NCBI GenBank assembly: GCA_013265495.1 | Contig: MU057887.1 | Span: forward strand, 3,871,668 to 3,935,667 | Direction: 5' to 3' | Source: Vicugna vicugna | Taxonomy: Eukaryota | Length of the DNA stretch: 64,000 bases | In this document: in pieces, positions 12,572 to 23,200 of the stretch | Layout of the letters: each line of letters starts with the position of its first letter | Numbering within the stretch: position 1 is the first letter of the stretch | Position numbers and translations under genes: made by a program | Notes under the pieces: model-generated | The model's database searches: none | The model's input: only the letters and a program-made list of their open reading frames with translations | What the model was told of the DNA's origin: nothing

Positions 12572-15500
12572 TCAAGGAGACGCTGAGAAGAGGTGCACAA
12601 TCAGCTTCACAAGGCTATAAGCTCGTTCAGGGCAGCACCTCACTCACCAGGACAAGAGCCCCTCTCCCCAGAGCTCTAAGGCAGGACTGTCACCCAAGGC
12701 CCTAAGCACTCACCCTGAGCCTCACCACCCCCACCCCAGCCTCACCGGCCACCTGCAGCATCTTCCACTGTGGCTCCAGTGGCCCTCTCAGGTGCATCAG
12801 GGCCTGCATGTCCTCTGGGGAGGCCATGGAGAAGGGGCCCAGGCTAGGGGGTGCCTCTCCATGCAGCACCCCGGCCAGGACCCCCACAAGCTGGGGTGTG
12901 GATTCCTGGGCCAGGGGCAGAGATGGAAGCAGTGATCACTGGTTTCTCCCATATCCCACCCCATAGCATGTCCACCTGGCATAACTCACCTCATCTATGA
13001 GGGCCAAGACTCGGCCCCCTGCTGGGCCCCGCAGCAGTGCAGTCAGGAGCGCAGCTTGGGGATCCCTCAAGCCATGGGTGGGCCCCAGTGCCACCAGCAC
13101 CAAGTCAGGCTGGAAGCTGTAGGCCAGGGGCAGCACCAGGGCCAGGACACAGTTCAGGAAACCACCAGTAGTCTATGGGAGTGACAGCAGAATACCCCAG
13201 CCCCTCATCCACGGGACACACCTCCTGCCCGCATAGGTCACCCCACCTCCCAATCTCAGATGGGCAGATGCACCCACTGTTGCCCCAGGAGGGGCAGGTG
13301 AGGGCCAGGGGCCTGGCCCTCATGACACCACCACTCACCCCTGGCAGGGGCACACACACGTGGAATGTGGACGGGGCAGCTGCCTCCTTGCCCCCGATGT
13401 TCAGCCACAGAGTCCTCCTTCCAAGGGACAGCGAGCATGTATGTGAGACGCTGCCCACCCTCCAGAGCCCAGATAGCAGCAGGAGTGAGGCTCAGGGGCA
13501 AGACTGCTAAGACTGCTACCCCTTATGCTGGAGACCCCCCTGGCATTGCTCCCAGAGGCCCTTCTGCCAAACTCCAACCGTACAAGGCCCTGCCCACCTG
13601 TCACCCCTGGGGATCCAGGGTGATATGTCCGCCCACCCATATGCAGAACGGGACATACATATGACCCGAGAGTCATACCCATCATCAGTGAGATCTGGGG
13701 GCCGATCCAGCTGTCCCACAGCCACACAAAGCAGTCTGGAGGAAGAGTTGGCCCCTGGATAGTCTGCACTTACCCTGCCTTGAGTCCATCCCCAGAGCCC
13801 TCCCAATGTGGCCCTGCCCTTGGAGTCTCAGGCCAGCCAGATGAGGCTTACCTCTGGGCTCCATGGGACAGGCCACACCGAATGGCCACGTCCAGGGTGG
13901 CCGCTGTGGCAGGGGCTGGGGTGGCTGCAATCCCACTGCTCACCTGTGGGATAAATAACAGCCGTGGAGGGGAACTCCCCAATCAGGTAAATAGCCCTAT
14001 CTACTCCTTCTTTTGGTCCCTGTCTACATGGCTGTCACCTGTGCAATCTGACAGCAAATTGCTCCACTTCTGCAAATAAGATGCTTAAAATTGTACTTTA
14101 AGTCATCCCCTTTATCTCTTGGCCAAAGAGCATTTAATTGAGGGAACTGAGGGGGGTTGTTCCTGAACCCTGTACATGGGGGCTGTTCTGGGGAAGGTCC
14201 CAGGCACAAGGCAACACTCATGTCCACATGGTTCTGTACCACCCAGCCCTCCCCTGGACAAGCCACCTGTCATGGGCAGGTCCTGGGCTCTGCCCCTGGC
14301 TCCACAGCCACCCCCAACCCCTCCCAGGTGTCCCCACCTGTCCATCCAGGAGCCTGTCCAAGAGATACAGGACCTTCCCCAGTGCAGTGAGGGCCTTGTC
14401 CTGGGCCAGGGCCTTGTGTGGCCTGTGGTGGACAAACGAGAGGGACACAGGACCCAGAATGAGTCACAGACAGGCACACGTGCAGACAGGGCCCAGCCTT
14501 CTCCCCAGGCCCACCCTGCCCACCTGGCCCAGGCCTGCATCTCCTCCGGCAGGGCTGACCTCTCCTGACAGAGGACACCCGGGGGCAGGACCAGCGCAGC
14601 ATCTGGTGCAGTCAAGGCAACAGCTGTGCGGACAGGGGGCGTGGGGTTGAGGCACAGCTTGTCCAGGAGGGAGCTCAGGGCAGCCATGGTCTGGGTACCT
14701 GCTGCCTTGAATTCGGGCCCCCAGGGCAGCAGAGGCGAGGGCTTCCCCTCGGGGGAGCAGGTGCTGGGACTCAGTACAGGGGCTGCACCTAAGGGGTAAT
14801 TCAGAGTCAAAGCCACTGCGTGGGAGCCTGAGGCGCAATCCCGCCAGCGCAGTCCCGCCACGACCCAGGCCGTGCTGACCTTGCTGCCGGAGGCTCATCC
14901 AGTAAGGGGCCTGGGCTGCCCGGACACTCTGGATAGACTCCAGGGCGCTGTGGGGAGAGGCAAAATCAGTGAGGCCTGGTCCCCCGGCCCTAGCCCATCC
15001 CACCCTCCGCCCCTCGCACCTGCCGTGTGGCACCATGGGCCCTGACAGGGGTGGGGCAGGGTCGCCCAGCAGCGCTTGCACCATCATGCACACAGACTGG
15101 GAGAGTGACTCCAGGTGGTAGCCACCCTGGGAGAAGGGGGAGGGCAGAGACATGACAGGGCAGGGATGTCACTGTCCCAGGCAGGACACCCTGCCCCAAG
15201 TGGCAGGACCCCTCTGACTGCATTGCAGCCTCTGGCCCATGCACCCTCCCTGCTCGCCCCAGTCACCTCCAGCACAGCACAGACCCTGCCGTCAGCCAGC
15301 ACCTGCAGCAGCTGAGTGAGGTGGGCAAAGCACTCTGGCGTGGCCTGCATCTGCCCCTGGAAACCAGAGCAAGGTATGATGAGGGCCTGGCCCCAGGACC
15401 CCAGAAGCCCTCCTCAGCCAGACCCAGCCCTCACCTCAGGATCTCCGATTGCTGAGTCAAATCCTGCAGAGACTAGGACCAGCTCAGGGTTGAACTGCAG

Positions 15501-17512
15501 GCAGGGCCAGGTGGGGCGGGGCAGAAGTGGAGCTGGAGCAGCGGCGAAGGGGAGGGGGCCCTCCAGAGAGACCCTCCTCGCCCCCAAGGGCTCTGTTCCT
15601 CTCTGGTGGAATGAAGGGGGCCCCAAATCCCCTCCCACTCTCCTGCCATCAAGACCACTGCTACCCCACATGCAGTCACCTCAAAGGCCAGGGGCAGCAG
15701 CACGTGCAGGAAGGCAGCCATATAGTCAGCATTTCCCATCCCGACCTGCAGCCACGGGGCGTCAGTGTTGGCCCTGCCAGGGAGGACTGTGGGGTCTCCA
15801 CCCCTGGGGCTTGGACTCCAGGGGTGATCCTGGCACGGTGCCCTGGGCTACGCTCAGGGAGGGGAATGTGGGCTGGGTGAGGGGCTCTGGGTGGGGGCCT
15901 GGGGTGAGGGGCAAGCACCTGGTTCCAGGGGAGGTTGACAGTAAAGCCAAGGCCCTGCCCCTGCCCGACAGCATCTGCATCTGACTCTCGCAGATAAGGC
16001 CAGAAGCGCCTGTGCTCATAGCGGTGCCAGGAGAAGTAAAGGACGCTGCAACAGCCAGCCGGGGTCAGAGGTTAGCGGTCAGGACCCTCAGCCCCCTGGG
16101 CTCATCACAGAACCCTGACCCCCTGAGCACACAGCCATGTCTCCCCGCCTCAGACTTTCCCAGGCCAGGCTATGTGTCCTGGAAAGCGAGGACGCAGGGA
16201 AGAGTCCGGTCCCCACCTCCAGCTTACCTGGGGTCATCCTCAAAGATATACTGGGTGCCCTGGCCATGGTGAACATCCCAGTCAACGATGAGGACCCTGC
16301 AGACAGACAGCTCTGGGACCACCGAGGGGCAGGGCCTCCCCCCTCCAGGCCAGGAACAGGCCCAGGATGGGGGGGGACAGGGTCTCCCAGAGGCCCAGTC
16401 TGTCCCCTTCCTGTCTGGTCTGGACCCCCTCTGCAGCCAAACTGGCACAAACCTGTGCAGTCCGTGTTTCTGCTTGGCATGTCTGGCCGCTATGGCCACA
16501 TTGTTGAACACACAGAATCCATTGGCGGCAGCCCGCTGGCTGTGGTGCCCAGGAGGCCTGGGGGTGACAGTGGTCATCCTGTGTCCTCACAGGGCCACCC
16601 ACAGGCAGGGCAGCTGGGGAGGGGCAGCTCTCACCTCACCAGGGCAAGACCATTGCGCACAGCTCCCGTCATCACCGCGTCCACCAGCTGCAGCGCGGCA
16701 CCCACTGCCAGACGGGCACAGTGGAAGGTCCTCTGTGGGGACGGAGGTGCAGATAAGCCCCTGCCCACTTTCCCTCACAGGCTCTACCAAGACCTGTGCC
16801 AGGCTGCAGGTCACCAAGCATTGAGCACAACGGGCCAGGCCAGTCCCGGGTGCTAGAAGCCAGCAGGTCTCTGGCACCCAGAACATTGGCCGAGAACAGT
16901 TTCAAGTACTGGGATGTGAGACTGGGTGAGTGGGTGGGTGTGTCCCCAGAGCACCCACCGGATGGAAGTAGACGGCATCGTACTGTCCAGACAGGGCCTG
17001 GAGCTCCTGGGTGCCCAAGGCCTGGGTCCCCCGCAACAGGGCCACATACTCCGGGCTGCAGAGGGGCGGGCAGGCAGAGCAGGGTCACCAGGAGGAGCAA
17101 GTTTTGAAGAGAACGAGGGCCTGGACCCCCAGCGGGACTGCCCACCTCAATGCTCCCTCACCCACCCATCCAACCGTGAAACTGAGGCACGTGGGGGAGG
17201 CTCTGGCAGGTGCTGGCCAGCTGGGGCCTGACGCCCACCCAGGGTCTGACCTGTGCACCAGGCCCAGCTCTGCCTCTGAGGCTTCCCGGGCTACCAGCCG
17301 CAGACACCTCTGCTCCAGGCCACGCTGCTGCAGGCCCTCCAGAGCTGCAGTCAGGCGCTGGGGACACTCGATCTCGCATTCGGGGCTGAAGGGACAGAGA
17401 GCTCAGAGTCCAGAGCCCCTCCTCATCCCCCACCCCTGCCAGGTCACACTTACTCCTCCCAGAGCAGCCGGGCAGCTGTCATGTCCTCATGGTACACAAG
17501 TGCGGTCCCCAT
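12572..17512 (-). CDS. HDAC10: Histone deacetylase 10 / polyamine deacetylase, 20 coding exons, 670 aa
   Basis: Exons: 17454-17512, 17251-17385, 16959-17055, 16635-16732, 16453-16557, 16228-16296, 15919-16045, 15680-15745, 15435-15494, 15267-15356, 15020-15126, 14880-14947, 14524-14788, 14338-14422, 13852-13943, 13679-13735, 13339-13417, 12990-13172, 12746-12905, 12572-12582 (total 2013 nt, all GT-AG, open frame). Starts [24 protein letters not shown]. Catalytic motifs [29 protein letters not shown] and LEGGYH are intact. The 11-nt last exon (...QVAASP*) is the least certain. Confidence 0.96.
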
Positions 17513-17639
17513 GGCCCGACCGTGGTCACTGTGGGCCACCCAGGGTGGGCAGGACACAAACGCTCCCACTACAGGCTAATAAGTGCACTGCCCGCCCCAC
17601 TATGCAGCCCCGTGGAGCAGCTCAAGGCCTGGGGCACAG

Positions 17640-18260
17640 CAGGGAGCGTCGGCTCGGATCCTGGGCGGGAACACGCAGAGCCCGGGCAGGAAGGAGGCCC
17701 CAGGCCCAGCACGCGCCAGAGCCAGGCGGGAGTCGACAGGGTGGCTCCCGAAGCCTGGCTTCCGTCTTTCTCCTTGTCAGACGTGCCACTGACCCGCCTC
17801 CGGATGCCCCAAACCCCGCCCCGACACAGCAGGGCGGGAAGACGACTGGGCCCCTCGGGGCTGCGCCCGCGCGGCCCGTCCCTCCAGCTCCGCTCCACCT
17901 CCCCCCCCGCCCCGCCCCTGGCCGGGAGCAGGACGCGGGTCACCGACCTCGGCGTCCATCCGGAGGTGAGAGCGGACGGGCGTGAGGACCGAGGACCAGT
18001 GTGCCCAGGCTCCTGCGGACTGTCGCGGCGGCCCCACCTACGCGCTGAGCCGAGCCACGCGCGTCCGTGCCCCTCCGCCCCAAGGCCCACCCGACCGCGC
18101 AGACCACCGGTCAGACGTCAGCAGCCCATCGCGCCCAGCGCTGCCCCAGACCCGCCCCCCTGCAGCCAGAGTCAGGAAGGAGCTGCGCGGCAAGGAGGGC
18201 GAGACCGAGGTTCCGCAGGGTCAAGGTCACGAGGGGGAGAGAGCCCCACCCAGGGACTGT
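17640..18260 (-). promoter_or_regulatory. CpG island, HDAC10 promoter
   Basis: CpG-rich block immediately upstream of the HDAC10 ATG; GC boxes (~17905-17918) and CRE-like GACGTCA (18114-18120). Confidence 0.75.
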
Positions 18261-19797
18261 GGTCGTGGTTTAGCTTGGCCTGGGCGCTGACCCCAAGGCT
18301 CATGAAGGGAGTGACAGTGTCCGATCTGAAGCTCTAGGAGCTGAAGGAGCAAACGAGTCGGAGGGTCAGGGTAGTAGCAGAGAAGCTGGACCTGAGCGGA
18401 GCAACTTTGGGGAAAGCAGGGCGGGAGGCTGAACTGAGGGAAAGGCCAAAGGAGGAAGGGTGTGGAAGAGGGATGAATGAGTGAGTGAATGAATGAATAG
18501 GGCCAGCAAAGGAGGAGACACGGGCACAGCCAGTAACAAGGTGGCCAGAGAGTGGAGGAAACATGGGCCGCCGGCCTGAAACCGAGCGGCGCTGGGGACT
18601 GAGCTCTGGGGGCGGGTCCGTGGGCAGGGCCCAGGGGTTTGTAGGCGGGGAACTGGGCGGTTCTTTTACAGACAGGGCTTGGGCAGGGGTTCTGGATTCT
18701 GGGAGGCCGGGCATCTTGGAGACACAGCCCTGGAGGTGGGTCTCTTGGAACTGGGGCGTGGGCAGGGGTCCCGGCGTCTTGGAGGCTGGGCCCTGGGGCG
18801 AGGGTGCCCCTGACAGGGCCCTGCTGCCCGCCGCCTCGTGTGGACCACCAACGTCCTGGTTAGGGTACCGGCGGCACGGGTGGCTGGCGGCCCGCCGGGC
18901 TCGGGGAATCTGTGCTCGCCGCAGAGCCAGTCACGGAGGCTAGGGAACGGCGTGCTCTGATTGGTCAATCTGAGCGCGTGGTCACGAAGGCGGGGCTTGC
19001 TGCAGACAGTCCCGCTTGGATCGCTGGGAGCGGGGAGGGTCTGGGCCGGGCTCTGTCACAGAAGCGCGGGACGGGCCCCTGGACAGAGAAGGCCGGTATC
19101 CACTGTAACAACTCGTCTGACCAGCTGTACGTCTACCCGACCTCCAGGTCGGGAGAAGGGAGACAGCCTGGCCCCAACTTCGGCGCACCTACCAGGGGGA
19201 CAGGTGGGAGGAGCCAGGGTGGCCGCAAGAACCCAAGGTTGGCCCCTGACTCAGCTGCCGGCCCTCGGAGACGTCGAATGGCCAGCCGAGGGCTGCGCAG
19301 GCTCGTAAATGGCGCGGGGGCGTGGCCCAGGAAGGGGCAGGAAAAGCGCACAGAACCCATCCTTCCGTTGTGGGACAGCCGTCTGGAGGCGCCTAGCTTG
19401 ATTGACCCTGCCTCCCCAGGACCCCGGCCTTGAAGAGTGCAGGGAGGCCAAACATCGGAGACTGAGCCCCATGTTGGACCCTAACCTCCTACCCCCATCA
19501 GTCCCTGCCCTAGGCCTGGTGCCAGTGTCTAAGCCATTAGAGGTAGGCCGCTCCACAAGAGGGGACAGGCCAAGCCCTAATGCAGGGTCACCAGGCTTGG
19601 GGCTCACTGGCACAGGATGGAAGAGAGGTGGGCACCAGCTTTGTGACCTGGGAGGGAAGGCCCAGTGGGCCAGGACAGGCCTGAGGCTCCCAGGCCGGCC
19701 TCCTTACTCTATACAGAGCTGCAGTTCAGAAGCCTAAATTTTGAGATCCAGCCCAAAACTCAGGAACTGAGGCCAGAGTGGGAGCTCTACAAAAAGG

Positions 19798-19803
19798 TTT
19801 ATT
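19798..19803 (-). terminator. MAPK12 polyadenylation signal AATAAA
   Basis: tttatt on the + strand about 455 nt downstream of the MAPK12 stop codon. Confidence 0.75.
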
Positions 19804-20257
19804 TCCTTCAAGCCAGGTGGCCATTATCACGTGGCCAATTTACATTCCAGGCTGGGGTGCAGGAGCGTCCACACCAATGCCCCCAGGAGACACATCCCTG
19901 AGTCAGCACCCCACGCCCTCCCTGCCCAAGCTGGGCCTCAGCACAGTCCAGCACAGGCAGGGTCAGGGGCCTGGCCTTGACCCCAAAACCAATCCTGCCC
20001 CACAGGCTCTAGGCTTCTCGCTGCACCTGGGGAGGAACCACGACTCAGGGGTCAGAGCAGGCATCCTGTCCAGAAAACCCAGACACTCCTCCGCAGCAAG
20101 TTGAGATGGGGCCTGAGCAAGGTGGCAGGCTTGCAGAGGGGTTCCATGGAACCAAGAGGCTCCTGGGATGTAAGTTCCAACATGGTCATGGTCATGGTCA
20201 TGGTGGCAAACAGGATCTCCGTTCCAGGCGGAAGCCCCAGCCAGGGCCCAGGGGTCT

Positions 20258-23200
20258 TCAAAGGGCTGTCTCCTTGGAGACCTTGGCCCCCAGCTGCCGG
20301 GGAGGCTTGAAGCTGAGCACCTCTTTATACGTGTCACCTGGGGCCAGGAGAGAGGAGCAGAGACAGTCATGGGAGAGGGGTCCTTCCCTGTCACCCAGCT
20401 CCCACAGTGTACACCAGGCGTGGATGCAGTGACCAAGGCGAAGCACTGGGCCCAGCTCACCGGGTGCCACCCGGACCAGTGGTAAGTCCTGTGAGACCCC
20501 ACTCAGATAGGGGTGGGAAGAGCTCCCAGGCCCAGAGCATAGGCTGTTAGTCACTGACCTAGAGGCCCACCCCCCCAAAACAAGAGTCAGAGATCACTGC
20601 TGGGGCATAGGCACCAGATGGGCTCCTTTGTCCCACACGTGCAAGTCCATCCCAGGCCACGGCCACTCTCAACCCACCCGTGTCCATCCACAGGGACTGT
20701 CCACCTTGATGGGGCTCCTGTAACCCAAACCCACCACCCCTAGCATGCCCTTGGCCCTACCGCCCACCGCAGTGAACCAAGAACATCCTAGGAATGAAAA
20801 CTAATGTGCTCACTCAAGTGGAGCTGCTCAGGGTCCCACCAGGGCACACCCCAGCTTCCGGATCCAGAATTTCTATGAAGGCTCAAATGAGTGAGGAATT
20901 CCCACCAACTACCTGCAACATCCACCTTCCTCGCCTGCGGTCATGTTCCCTGAACTGTGTTCCCAGAGTGAGCCGTCCCACAGGAAGGGTGGGGAGCCTG
21001 CTCTGTCTCCCCTCTGAGTGGTCTGCAAAGGGACATTTCCGCTCAGCCTACCCCAATGCTCCCACACTCACCTGACCAGGGGAGCACCTGTTCTGGGGAC
21101 CACTGGTCCCCACAGGCCCAATGCAGGAAGGACTCTGCCTTCCGAGCCGGTGGTCTGTGTGGTTTGCCCAGCATGTTGACACAGGTCTATTCCCACCCCA
21201 TGGGGTGCCTCCCAGGCCCTTCGTCTAATCCTCACACAGGGGCCAGTCCACACGGAAGGTTTGTGTGAGGGGGCCATTGCTATAAAGATGGCTTTTCCCA
21301 GGGAAATGAGGTAATGGGTTTGCATTTCTGATCAGGGGCTCAGCCACAAGGAGGTCATGTTTCCTTTTTTGGTCCTACATGGTCTGTAGTAAAAGCAAAA
21401 GCTCTTACTACGGTCTGTGGTGGGAACCGCAGAGAAGATCCTGTGGCCCGTGGTTTTCACGTTATCTTTTTTAGCAACGGAAAACATAAACACAAAACAC
21501 AGCACAGATAAAGGCGGAGGCCCTGCTGGAGGCACCAAGAATCCAATGACCCTGAGGAACGTGGTTTGAGAACCACAGTCTTTCCAGCCCCATCCCTACC
21601 CCCATATGCAGGACCATGACCCTGGGTCTGAGGCAGAGCAAGGATGAGACTAGGACAATGGCAGCCATGTGCTATAGCGTCAATGGTGCTAAGCACTGCC
21701 CTTAGGCATCCCTGCACTCCCAGGCAGGCCCTGCAGCCACTGAGGGGAGACACCTGCTGTCCTGGAGTAGACATGGGTGAGGCCCATTCCAGCATGGTGT
21801 GTCAGGACCCAGTAGAAGGAGGCCTGGGACTGGCCAGGTGTCCCTGAGCCCAGCCAGAGGCCGAGCAGATGCTGGCAGCCCTCAGACGGGAGGAGAAGGG
21901 TCTGGGTCTAAGGGGATGGCCAGTGCGAAGCCGGGAGGTGCAGAGCACAAATGGAAGGGGGTCTGAACACCCAGTGGGGCTGGAGGGGTCAGGGATGGGT
22001 AGCAAGAAAGCATGAGGTTCTATGGGCTGCCTGGGGCAGACCTCATCCTGCTGGCAGGATGAGGGGTGTGCAGCTGTCCATGTCAGGGGGCAACCTGAAA
22101 GGGGCAAAGAGAGGCATGAAGATTCCAGAGGTATGAGGAGCGGCCCGGGGGAGTGGGTGCTGAGGGGCTCCACGGTAGCCCAGTCTGGCCTAGTCGGGGC
22201 AGGGAGTGCCGGCAGGCCTGGGGGCCCGGGGAGGCTAAGCGCTCACAGCTGCCCTGAGCTTGCAGCTGCCTCCCCAGTTTCCAGAATTCATCTCCCGTTT
22301 GTGCCAAGTCCTGGCCATGAATGCCCTCCTTTCCATCCTTCAGCTCTAGCCAGAGGTCACCTTGACCAAGAGACTCAGCTGCCCTCTGACCCCCTACTCT
22401 GTTCCTGGGGTTGAGGGACCCAGGATCCTGAGCCCTGCCAGAGCCCCTGACTCACGCTTCCACTCATCCAGTGTGCGGTCCACGTCATCAAAGGACTCAT
22501 CGTACTTCTGGGCCTTGGGCTCGTCCTCCGTGTCCTGCAGGGCCTCAAAGTAGGGGTGGGCCAGCGCCTCGGCTGCCGTCACCCTCCGCTCTGCATCTAG
22601 CACCAGCATTTTCTCCAGGAGGTTCACGGCTGGGGGGTTGGGCAGATCAGGCTGGGCCAAGGGGAGGCTCCTAGGCCCCAGGCCCCTGTCACTGACTGCA
22701 TGCCCACCCAGGCCCACCTACCCAGAGGGCTCGCATTGGTCAGGATGGAGGCAAAATCCTTCTTCTCCAGCTCAGGGAGGCCCTTCATATAATTCTTAGC
22801 CTGTGTGGGAACAAAGGGTGAGGGGCCAGCCCCCAGCCCTCCGGCCCACGCCCAGCTCCCAACTGACCTCATCGCTCTGCAGCCTCTGCACAAACTCAGC
22901 AGGGGGCGTCCCCGTCACCTTCATGATCTCCTTCAGCTGGTCCAGGTCTTTGCCAAGGTCAGGAGTACAAGGTGGGGCCAGAGAGCAGGGCTCACCTACC
23001 CCAGAGCTGGACAATGGGCCCAGCCTGCCCCCCACAGGTGCAGGGCAAACCCCGCCCCTGCCCCAGGTGTAGGATACGATCGTTGCCTTTGAAGAGTGTC
23101 TTCCCTGTGATCATCTCTGCCATGATGCAGCCCGCTGACCAGATGTCCACTGAGACAGAAGCCCCTGCATCAGGGCTATGGGGACTAGGGAGTGGGGCAC

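Noticed and set aside
17011..18337. 324-aa and 282-aa plus-strand ORFs
   Set aside because: Pro/Arg/Gly-rich, no recognisable domain, antisense to HDAC10 exons and its CpG island, where stop codons are scarce.
20181..20204. (CATGGT)4 repeat in the MAPK12 3' UTR
   Set aside because: Short simple repeat with no evidence of function.
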